Source: Spirochaetota bacterium (GTDB lineage Bacteria; Spirochaetota; UBA4802; UBA5550). Taken from it: 14,502 bases of DNA. Below are positions 7,543 through 14,502 of the stretch, in pieces. The position numbers and the translations under genes were made by a program. Within the stretch, counting starts at the first letter, position 1. The number at the start of each line of letters is the position of its first letter. The stretch is from contig JBNKTL010000068.1 in the NCBI GenBank assembly GCA_050298055.1, positions 1 to 14,502 of the forward strand, given 5' to 3'. Below the pieces are notes generated by a model. It searched no databases. It was not told the DNA's origin and was given only the letters and a program-made list of their open reading frames with translations.

Positions 7543-8302
7543 AGGTGATCCTTATCTCCTCTTCTATCCGTATCTCTTTTTCTTTTGCCAGTGATTTCAT
7601 GTTCAGGGAAAGTTCCAGGAAACCGGAACTCCCGTTGAGAATCCCCGCGTCCTCACCGGAAAGATCACCGTAGGAGGACGTGTACCGCGCGGAGAAATCA
7701 CCGTTGTTTCCCGAGATAAGTATCTTCTTTTGCGACGGCAGGTCGATGGTCCCGGAGGGGATTGATGTAACCACGTTGCCGAACCTGTCCAGGTGGAGCA
7801 CTCTTCCCTCAATAAAACCCCTGCCCGGGGTATAGTCGGGAAACCTGAATGTCACCATCTCTTCTGTTTCCCCGGCGAACTTTTCCGGTTTTTTCCCCTG
7901 TGCGAGACCCGCGGCAACAGGAGCAAATATGTCCCTGCCCCGGAAGGTCTGTGAAGCTTCCGGGAAGAGGCCACTCTTAATTTCATAGAGCTTTTTAATG
8001 CTCTTTGCGAATGGGCTCAGGAGACCGTTGTCCGGTGCGGTAAAGATATACTCTCCCGTATGGGCGATGAGCCCCCTTCCCGGTGTTCCCGTGTCGGGAT
8101 CAACAACAGCATAAAAAACCGTTCCCGGCGGAAAGTAGCTGTAAGCCGAGTAGAGATGGTAGATCCCGTTGAGAATGGAAAAGGGTTCAACGGAGTGGGT
8201 GATGTCGATGATACCGGTTTCCGGGGATATCCCCTTGATGATCCCCTTGACGATACCGGTATAATTATCCTTATATCCGAAATCTGTTAACAGTGCAATC
8301 AT
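7535..8302 (-). CDS. SAM hydrolase / SAM-dependent halogenase family protein (DUF62) with non-canonical active-site residues
   Basis: MIALLTDFG, IDITH, AVVDP..GT, APDNGLL, TF.GRDIFAPVAA, HLDRFGNVVT, GSSGFLELSLN motifs; 255 aa. Overlaps the HD gene start by 8 nt. Confidence 0.93.
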   Translation of the reverse strand: MIALLTDFGYKDNYTGIVKGIIKGISPETGIIDITHSVEPFSILNGIYHLYSAYSYFPPGTVFYAVVDPDTGTPGRGLIAHTGEYIFTAPDNGLLSPFAKSIKKLYEIKSGLFPEASQTFRGRDIFAPVAAGLAQGKKPEKFAGETEEMVTFRFPDYTPGRGFIEGRVLHLDRFGNVVTSIPSGTIDLPSQKKILISGNNGDFSARYTSSYGDLSGEDAGILNGSSGFLELSLNMKSLAKEKEIRIEEEIRITYE

Positions 8303-8372
8303 TGATTTTCCGCATTTTTCTTAATACAGCTATTTTATTATTCTGAGAATTTACTTCAACTAAGTTTTTGTA

Positions 8373-8401
8373 TTGACTTTTTTGTTTCTGGGTATTATTG
8401 T
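8373..8401 (+). promoter_or_regulatory. Putative sigma70 promoter for the transporter operon
   Basis: TTGACT (8373-8378), 17-nt spacer, TATTGT (8396-8401), within the AT-rich divergent intergenic region. Confidence 0.4.
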
Positions 8402-8415
8402 ATTTTCCTAAATTT

Positions 8416-9192
8416 ATGGAAAAACTTCTTACTATCAAAGATATTACGATCAGCTTCGGAGGACTAACCGCCCTTCAGGATATCAGCTTTTCAGTGAAGA
8501 GTGGAGAAATATTCACAATTATCGGGCCCAACGGTGCCGGTAAAACCACACTCTTTAACGTTATCAGCGGAATATACAAACCTGACAGGGGATCGGTCTC
8601 CTTTAAGGAAAGAGACATCACCGGCACACGGCCCTGGCAGATCGCGTCACTGGGCATTGCCCGGACTTTCCAGAATATCGAACTCTTCTCCCGGATGACA
8701 GCAATGGAGAACATCATGCTGGGGAGGCACCTCCTCATGAAAACCGGTCTCCTCTCCGGGGCATTCATGTTCGGCAAAAAGTCAAGGGCGGCGCTGGAAG
8801 AGGTGAAACACCGTGAAAAGGCCGAGGAGATCATGGACCTCCTGGACCTGCAGTCGGCCCGGAACCACTTCGTGGGGGAACTCCCCTACGGGAAACAGAA
8901 ACTTGTCGAACTTGCCCGGGCGCTGGCCCTGGAACCGGAACTTCTTCTTCTGGATGAACCCTCCGCGGGGATGAACAGCGAAGAGAAACAGGACCTCTTC
9001 TTCTGGATCAAGGACATCCAGCAGGAGCTGGGGATAACGATCCTGATGATCGAACACGACATGAAGATGGTCATGGAGGTCTCCGATACGGTCCTGGCCA
9101 TAAACTTCGGCAGCCAGATCGTGGAAGGGGTCCCCGAAACCGTCTCCCTGCATCCCGAGGTCCTCAAGGCCTACCTGGGAGAAGATGGATAA
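8416..9192 (+). CDS. livG: LIV-type ABC transporter ATP-binding protein (LivG-like)
   Basis: Walker A GPNGAGKTT, IARTFQN, LPYGKQKLVELARAL, Walker B LLLLDEP, IEHDM, VLKAYLG. ATG at 8416 is preferred over the TTG at 8398, which overlaps the predicted -10 element. Confidence 0.9.
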   Translation: MEKLLTIKDITISFGGLTALQDISFSVKSGEIFTIIGPNGAGKTTLFNVISGIYKPDRGSVSFKERDITGTRPWQIASLGIARTFQNIELFSRMTAMENIMLGRHLLMKTGLLSGAFMFGKKSRAALEEVKHREKAEEIMDLLDLQSARNHFVGELPYGKQKLVELARALALEPELLLLDEPSAGMNSEEKQDLFFWIKDIQQELGITILMIEHDMKMVMEVSDTVLAINFGSQIVEGVPETVSLHPEVLKAYLGEDG

Positions 9193-9964
9193 GATGCTTA
9201 AGGTAAACAATATAGAGACCTTCTACGGCCTTATCTATGCCCTCAAGGGGGTCTCCCTGGAGATCAGCAGGGGGAGTATCACCACCATCCTGGGGAACAA
9301 CGGCGCGGGGAAGACCACCATCCTCAAGACCGTAATGGGGCTCCTGGATGACCAGCCCGATAAGGGGACCATCGAGTTCATGGGGACACGGATAGACAGA
9401 AAGGACACCGAGGAGATCGTGAGGATGGGGATATCCTATGTCCCCGAAGGACGGGAGGTCTGGGACGAGCTCACCGTTCGGGAGAACCTTGTCATGGGAG
9501 GATATATCCGGAAGGACAGGAAGGGAATAAAAAAGGACATGGGTAAAATATTCGAATACTTCCCCGTGCTGAAAGAGAGGGAGGGGCAGCTGGCCGGTAC
9601 TCTCTCCGGGGGAGAGCAGCAGATGCTTGCCATGGGAAGGGCGCTCCTCAACGGGCCAAAGCTTCTCTTCCTGGATGAACCCTCACTGGGCTTATCACCC
9701 ATTCTGGTGAAACAGATTTTCTCCATCATAAAGAGCATAAATGAAAATGAAAACGTGACCATCCTCCTGGTAGAGCAGAATGCCCGGATGGCCCTGAAGA
9801 TCGCCGATTACGGGTATGTGATCGAAAACGGCAGGTTTGTCATGGCGGGAACATCCGGGGAGCTCATGGAGAACAGGGACGTGCAGGAGTTCTACCTGGG
9901 GATAAAATCGGAAACATCCGCAAAGGGCTACCAGAGATGGAAGAGAAAGAAGGGCTGGAGATAG
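9185..9964 (+). CDS. livF: LIV-type ABC transporter ATP-binding protein (LivF-like)
   Basis: GNNGAGKTT, YVPEGR, LSGGEQQMLAMGRAL, FLDEPSLGLSP, VEQNA, EFYLG; basic C-terminal tail (YQRWKRKKGWR). Confidence 0.92.
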   Translation: MDKMLKVNNIETFYGLIYALKGVSLEISRGSITTILGNNGAGKTTILKTVMGLLDDQPDKGTIEFMGTRIDRKDTEEIVRMGISYVPEGREVWDELTVRENLVMGGYIRKDRKGIKKDMGKIFEYFPVLKEREGQLAGTLSGGEQQMLAMGRALLNGPKLLFLDEPSLGLSPILVKQIFSIIKSINENENVTILLVEQNARMALKIADYGYVIENGRFVMAGTSGELMENRDVQEFYLGIKSETSAKGYQRWKRKKGWR

Positions 9965-9965
9965 C

Positions 9966-11765
9966 ATGAACCCGGGAACAGTAGCGGAAACCTTTTTAAA
10001 AAACGTTGAGAAATACGGGGACCGGACCGCCCTGCGCCAGAAAAAGCTGGGCATATGGAACGATATATCCTGGAACCGGTACTATGAAAACGCCGCCCGT
10101 GTGGCCCTGGGGCTCTATGAACTGGGATACCGGAAGGGCGACCGCGTGGCCATCATCGGCGAGAACTGTCCCGAGTGGGTCTATGTTGACCTGGGGGTGA
10201 TCTGTACCGGCGGGGCGGCAGTGGGGATCTATACCACAAATTCATGGGACCAGTGCGAGTATGTTGTGGAACACTCCGACGCGAAGTTCTACTTTATGGA
10301 GAACGAGGAACAGCTGGACAAGTGGCTCCGCTTCAGGGAGAACACACCCGGCCTGAAGAATGTGTTCGTCTGGGACCTCAAGGGGCTCAGGGAATTTCAC
10401 GACCCCCAGCTCCTCCCGTTTCAGGACCTCCTTGAGATGGGAGAGAAGAAGATGCGGGAAGATCCCGGGCTTATGAAAAGGCTCATGTCTGAAGTCACGC
10501 CGGAGGATGAGGCCCTTTATATCTACACATCGGGAACAACGGGAAGGCCCAAGGGGGCCATCCTTACAAACTCAAATGCCGTCTGGATCGGGAAGACCAT
10601 GTCAATGGTCAACGAGATCTATGATACCGATTCGGTCCTTTCGTTTCTTCCCCTCTGCCATATCTTCGAACACATGATGACGGTATTTGTCCATATAACC
10701 TGCGGTTATACGGTAAACTTTATTGAAAACCATGACACAATATCAGATAATTTCAGGGAGGTCTCTCCCACCATAGGGTACGCGGTGCCCCGGGTATGGG
10801 AGAAGTACCACTCCCAGATAACCATTAATATGTCCGATGCCACTCTCTTCAAGAGGCTTGTATACAAAACGGCACTTGCCGCCGGGAACAGGCACTACAG
10901 GGAGGTGCGGTCAAAGGGGAAGGCCTCCTTTTTGACTTCGGTCCTTTTCGGGCTGGCACACCTTGCGGTTTTCAGAAAGCTGCGGGAGAGGCTCGGTTTT
11001 GAGCGGATGAGGGCCGCCTATTCCGGCGCGGCGCCCATATCACCGGGGGTCCTTCAGTTTTTCAACTCCATGGGGCTTATGCTCCTGGAGGGTTACGGCC
11101 AGACAGAGGGTACGGGTGTCACCACGGTGAACAGGCTGGAAAGTCCCACCGAAGGGACGGTTGGCCCTCCCATTGACGGCGTTGAGCTCAGAATAAGCGA
11201 TGAGGGTGAGATACTGGTCAAATCCCCGGGGGTCTTCAGAGGATATCATAAAGACCCGGAGACCACCTCCCTGACCCTGCGGGAGGGCTGGCTCTACTCG
11301 GGAGATATGGGTGAACTGGACGAAAGGGGAAACCTGAAGATAACCGGAAGGATCAAGGACATCATCATAACCGCCGGGGGGAAGAACATCACTCCCCAGT
11401 ATATCGAAGGAAAACTTGTCTTCAGCCCCTATATCAACGATGCGGTGGTCATTGGCGACAAGAAGAAATTCCTCTCGGCCCTGATAGTTCTTGATGAGGA
11501 CAACACGGTGAAATATGCCCAGGACAACAAGATCCAGTTTTCCACCTATAAGGACCTGGCGCAGAACCCGGAAATTGTCAAGCTCATACAGGCCGAGGTT
11601 GACGGCGCCAACAGGGAACTCTCCCGGGTTGAACAGATCAAGAAGTTCAGGATCCTTCCCAGCAAGCTCTACGAGGAGGAGGGTGACGTGACTCCCACCA
11701 TGAAGGTGAAGAGGATGTTCATCAATAAAAAGTTTGGCGATATTATTGAAGAGATGTACAGGTAG
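9966..11765 (+). CDS. Long-chain fatty acid--CoA ligase-like AMP-dependent synthetase
   Basis: YTSGTTGRPKG, FLPLCHIFE, EGYGQTE, GWLYSGDMG, ITGRIKDIIITAGGKNITP and TPTMKVKR motifs of the FAA1-type acyl-CoA synthetase family. Confidence 0.92.
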   Translation: MNPGTVAETFLKNVEKYGDRTALRQKKLGIWNDISWNRYYENAARVALGLYELGYRKGDRVAIIGENCPEWVYVDLGVICTGGAAVGIYTTNSWDQCEYVVEHSDAKFYFMENEEQLDKWLRFRENTPGLKNVFVWDLKGLREFHDPQLLPFQDLLEMGEKKMREDPGLMKRLMSEVTPEDEALYIYTSGTTGRPKGAILTNSNAVWIGKTMSMVNEIYDTDSVLSFLPLCHIFEHMMTVFVHITCGYTVNFIENHDTISDNFREVSPTIGYAVPRVWEKYHSQITINMSDATLFKRLVYKTALAAGNRHYREVRSKGKASFLTSVLFGLAHLAVFRKLRERLGFERMRAAYSGAAPISPGVLQFFNSMGLMLLEGYGQTEGTGVTTVNRLESPTEGTVGPPIDGVELRISDEGEILVKSPGVFRGYHKDPETTSLTLREGWLYSGDMGELDERGNLKITGRIKDIIITAGGKNITPQYIEGKLVFSPYINDAVVIGDKKKFLSALIVLDEDNTVKYAQDNKIQFSTYKDLAQNPEIVKLIQAEVDGANRELSRVEQIKKFRILPSKLYEEEGDVTPTMKVKRMFINKKFGDIIEEMYR

Positions 11766-11781
11766 GGCTGGATATTTGTTA

Positions 11782-11810
11782 TTGACAGTGCCCGGGAAAA
11801 GGGATTTAAT
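11782..11810 (+). promoter_or_regulatory. Putative internal sigma70 promoter upstream of the substrate-binding protein gene
   Basis: TTGACA (11782-11787), 17-nt spacer, TTTAAT (11805-11810). The -10 element lacks the conserved second-position A. Confidence 0.45.
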
Positions 11811-11815
11811 ATTTT

Positions 11816-11894
11816 GAGGAAGCCCCCTAACCCCCAGAGGGGGCATAAGATTGTGGTGAAATATCTTGCGCCCCCTGAGGGGGATGGGGGGGAA
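11816..11894. repeat. REP-like compound palindrome (C-run/G-run doublet), more intact copy
   Basis: CCCCCTAA-CCCCCAGAGGGGG-CATAAGAT...ATCTTGCG-CCCCCTGAGGGGG-ATGGGGGGG: two small hairpins in a larger inverted arrangement; inverted homologue at 5153-5227. Confidence 0.85.
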
Positions 11895-11923
11895 CCTGGA
11901 ACTGTTCAAAATAAAGACTGGTT

Positions 11924-11938
11924 AATTTTCTGAAAATA
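11924..11938. promoter_or_regulatory. Palindromic operator-like site AATTTTCTGAAAATA
   Basis: ATTTTC-T-GAAAAT dyad ending 47 nt upstream of the ATG at 11986; related site at 8337-8351. Confidence 0.45.
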
Positions 11939-11985
11939 TCATATAACAAAAGAAAATTATTGAGTAAAACTACGGAGGTTTTTAA

Positions 11986-13197
11986 ATGTTAAGAAAATAT
12001 CTGCTCGTATTATCACTGGTTGTTTCAATGGGTTTTCTCTTTGGAAGCTGTAAGAAGAAGGCGCCGAAAACGGGCGTTACCGACAAGGAGATTACAATCG
12101 GACAGTGGGGACCGCAGACCGGTCCGGCAGCCCTCTGGGGGGCAGTGGCGCGGGGAACCGACTGTTACTTCAAGATGATCAATGATGAAGGAGGGATAAA
12201 CGGCAGAAAGCTGAAGCTCCTCATCAGGGACGACGGATACCAGCCGCCCAGGACCAAGGCAGAGGTCAAGAAGCTTGTGGAAGGCGACGGTGTTTTTGGC
12301 TTTGTGGGAGGTGTGGGTACGGCACCGGGTATGGCCGTAAAGCAGTACCTTATCGACAACAAGATCCCCTGGGTATCCCCGGCTGCAGGTTCCACTCACT
12401 GGGCATATCCGCCAAATAAATACATTTTCAGCACATATCCCCTCTACTGCATCGAGGCGGCGGTCCTTGTTGACTACGCGGTCAAGACATTAAAGAAAAA
12501 GAAGATCGCCATCTTCTACCAGAACGACGATTACGGCAAGGTGGGGCTCTACGGGGCGCAGCTGGCCATGGAAAAACACGGGCTCAAGCTTGCCGCCGAG
12601 GTCTCCGCGGAGATAACGGACACCGACCTGAGTTCACAGGCCCTGAAGCTGAAGAAGTCGGGGGCGGACGTTGTTCTTCTCTGGGTCCTCCCCAAGCACG
12701 GTGCCATTATTCTGGGAACATCGGCTAAAGTGGGCTTCAAGCCCCAGTTCATGACCACAAGTACACTGAGCGATACTACGATTATGTATAAGATTACAAA
12801 GGGCCTCTGGAAGGACATGATCGTCTGCAGGTTTTCCGAGTCTCCGGAATCAGATAAACCGCTCATGAAAAAATACAGGGCGGCATGGAAGAAGTATGCT
12901 CCCAAAGAGAGATGGGGAACATTCTACCACGCGGGATTCGCTTTCGCCGAGGTCATGGTTGAGGGGCTGAAGAGGGCCGGGAAGGACCTCACCCGGGAAA
13001 GTTTCATTAAGGCCATGGAGACCGTCAAGGGCTTCCAGGGCACCGGGGCAAAGATCACCTACGGTCCCAATATACGGCAGGGGTCCGATGAGATCTTTCT
13101 CGTGAAGGTCCAGAAGGATGCAAAGGAAAAGAAACTTTCTGACTGGATGACTTCGAAGATCGACGTGAATGAAGTCATCAAGAGATTGAAGAAATAG
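11986..13197 (+). CDS. LIV-type ABC transporter substrate-binding lipoprotein (LivK-like, type 1 periplasmic binding fold)
   Basis: RBS GGAGGT at 11974-11979. Lipoprotein signal (MLRKYLLVLSLVVSMGFLFGS-C). GPQTGPAA, INDEGGINGRKL..RDDGYQP, YQNDDYGK and LKRAGKDLTRE motifs. Confidence 0.9.
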   Translation: MLRKYLLVLSLVVSMGFLFGSCKKKAPKTGVTDKEITIGQWGPQTGPAALWGAVARGTDCYFKMINDEGGINGRKLKLLIRDDGYQPPRTKAEVKKLVEGDGVFGFVGGVGTAPGMAVKQYLIDNKIPWVSPAAGSTHWAYPPNKYIFSTYPLYCIEAAVLVDYAVKTLKKKKIAIFYQNDDYGKVGLYGAQLAMEKHGLKLAAEVSAEITDTDLSSQALKLKKSGADVVLLWVLPKHGAIILGTSAKVGFKPQFMTTSTLSDTTIMYKITKGLWKDMIVCRFSESPESDKPLMKKYRAAWKKYAPKERWGTFYHAGFAFAEVMVEGLKRAGKDLTRESFIKAMETVKGFQGTGAKITYGPNIRQGSDEIFLVKVQKDAKEKKLSDWMTSKIDVNEVIKRLKK

Positions 13198-13208
13198 GTG
13201 AGAATACT

Positions 13209-13264
13209 TAAATCCCCCCTGTCCCCCCCTTTAATAAAGGGGGGGATGCGAAGGAGGGGATTTA
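13209..13264. repeat. C-run/G-run nested hairpin (REP-like; possible terminator or mRNA stabiliser)
   Basis: Perfect 11-bp stem TCCCCCCCTTT-aat-AAAGGGGGGGA (13222-13246) inside an outer TAAATCCCC...GGGGATTTA inverted repeat. Confidence 0.7.
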
Positions 13265-13306
13265 TTCTTATTACGACTTTAACGGGTATGACGGGAGAAG
13301 ATTGCC

Positions 13307-14395
13307 ATGGATATGAAGAGGAGTTATTACGAGGACATTGAGCTCTTTGACAGTGGGACAAAGAAATTCTGGTTTGCGGTGATGCTCCTTGGTGTGATTG
13401 TCCTGCCCTTTATTCTCCCCGGGTATTACCTGAATGATATTAACTATATTGCAATCAATATTATTGTGGCTACCGGGCTTAACATTCTTGTTGGCTATAC
13501 GGGGCAGATATCCCTGGGTCATGCGGGTTTCTTTGCCATCGGCGCTTATGCCACGGCGCTTCTCGTCAAAGGGGTCCCTGTTCTGCCCTTTTTTATTCCG
13601 CTGATCATTGCCGGTATCATAGCGGCCATTTTCGGGTTTTTACTGGGGCTTCCCTCCCTGAAGCTTGAAGGACCTTACCTGGCCATAGCAACCCTGGGTT
13701 TCGGGATGGCCATTATCCAGGTCATCGGCCGGTTCTCCTTTTTCGGGGGACGAATGGGGCTGACGGTGCCGAAGCTGGGTTTCCTCTCGGGTGTTCTTGC
13801 GGGCAGCGGGTATTTTGACGCCAACCAGGCCCGGGACATCAATCTCTATATCCTCATCATGATCACGACTTTTATCATGTGCCTTACCGCGAGAAACATT
13901 ACCCGGACACGGATCGGGCGGGCCTTTATCGCCATCAGGGACAGTGATATTGCAGCGGAATCCATGGGGGTGAACCTGACATTCTACAAAACCCTTTCAT
14001 TTGCCGTGAGCGCCTTCTTCACGGGGGTTGCCGGGGGGCTTTATGCCTTCTGGCTCGGCTATATCAACCCGGACTCATTCGATTTTATTTTATCAATTCT
14101 CTTCCTGGCCATGGTTGTGGTGGGGGGGCTTGGATCAATGGCGGGCCCTGTCATGGGGGCAATTGTTGTGTCCTTTCTCAACATGAATCTCCAGCAGAAT
14201 TCAATAGAGGGGATACCTCTCCTGGGGCCTCTCCTGGTTGATTTCACAAAAGCCTTTATGAATGACAGCGGACTGGGGAGTGTCAGCTTTATCATCTTCG
14301 GGCTGGTGCTGATCTTTATCGTGATCTTTGAACCCCTGGGCCTTTACGGGTACTGGATCAGGACAAAGAAATACTGGAAGACATGGCCCTTCTGA
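13307..14395 (+). CDS. livM: LIV-type ABC transporter permease (LivM-like)
   Basis: GLNILVGYTGQISLGHAGFFAIGAY, GPYLAIATLGF, GRAFIAIRDS.IAAESMGV, AFAVSAFFTGVAGGL, MVVVGGLGS and FEPLGL motifs; many TM helices; GGAG RBS upstream. Confidence 0.92.
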   Translation: MDMKRSYYEDIELFDSGTKKFWFAVMLLGVIVLPFILPGYYLNDINYIAINIIVATGLNILVGYTGQISLGHAGFFAIGAYATALLVKGVPVLPFFIPLIIAGIIAAIFGFLLGLPSLKLEGPYLAIATLGFGMAIIQVIGRFSFFGGRMGLTVPKLGFLSGVLAGSGYFDANQARDINLYILIMITTFIMCLTARNITRTRIGRAFIAIRDSDIAAESMGVNLTFYKTLSFAVSAFFTGVAGGLYAFWLGYINPDSFDFILSILFLAMVVVGGLGSMAGPVMGAIVVSFLNMNLQQNSIEGIPLLGPLLVDFTKAFMNDSGLGSVSFIIFGLVLIFIVIFEPLGLYGYWIRTKKYWKTWPF

Positions 14396-14410
14396 TTTAT
14401 AATATTAATA

Positions 14411-14445
14411 ATGTCTCCCCGCCGCCTTCGGCGGCGGGGAGACAT
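14411..14445 (+). terminator. Perfect 16-bp GC-rich hairpin (terminator or REP-like palindrome)
   Basis: ATGTCTCCCCGCCGCC-ttc-GGCGGCGGGGAGACAT, starting 15 nt after the livM stop. The T-run (14454-14459) is offset from the stem. Confidence 0.6.
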
Positions 14446-14502
14446 CAGTTATGTTTTTTGATGAATATGATAAGTCTTATTACAGAATTGAGTAGTGAGA
14501 GG

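Noticed and set aside
5552..7594. Plus-strand ORFs 5552..6352, 5898..6476, 6359..7186, 7030..7290, 7304..7594
   Set aside because: Antisense shadows of the radical SAM and HD genes.
7535..8302. Calling the DUF62 gene a fluorinase or chlorinase
   Set aside because: It lacks the recalled FlA/SalL-type loop sequences and keeps the GRDIFAP DUF62 scaffold; activity cannot be assigned from sequence.
8303..8415. SAM riboswitch or T-box upstream of the DUF62 or liv genes
   Set aside because: The region is only ~110 nt, AT-rich, and lacks recognisable S-box or T-box motifs and stems.
11838..11892. G-quadruplex potential of the G-runs
   Set aside because: Only three long G-runs, each with a complementary C-run, so Watson-Crick hairpins explain the pattern better.
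11040..11909. 289-aa minus-strand ORF
   Set aside because: Antisense to the acyl-CoA ligase and begins next to and runs through the palindromic repeat.

Overview
Bacterial chromosomal window. Lipoprotein signal peptides ending in S-C hint at a spirochaete-like host, but this is inference. Four blocks are visible. (1) An AT-rich, probably foreign block (1-~2060) holds a 5'-truncated large protein with a predicted C-terminal beta-barrel and a Cys-rich lipoprotein. (2) On the minus strand, a TM-sensor/HAMP/TPR gene overlaps uvrC. (3) Also on the minus strand is a tightly coupled three-gene unit: DUF62-family SAM hydrolase/halogenase homologue, HD phosphohydrolase, and CX5CX2C radical SAM-HhH protein. 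(4) A divergent LIV-type ABC transporter cluster contains an embedded long-chain acyl-CoA ligase (livG-livF-ligase-livK-livM like; no livH in the window). The best candidate for new biology is the DUF62 homologue, which appears to have two of the three hydrolase triad residues replaced (Arg75 to Gly, TFHGRD to TFRGRD) and sits inside a coupled SAM/radical-SAM unit. Also notable are a stack of several small repeat families at 5045-5322, one of which recurs inverted at 11816-11894, and a shared palindromic operator-like motif (near-CodY consensus) upstream of both transporter transcription units. No CRISPR array, tRNA/rRNA or transposase gene was seen.
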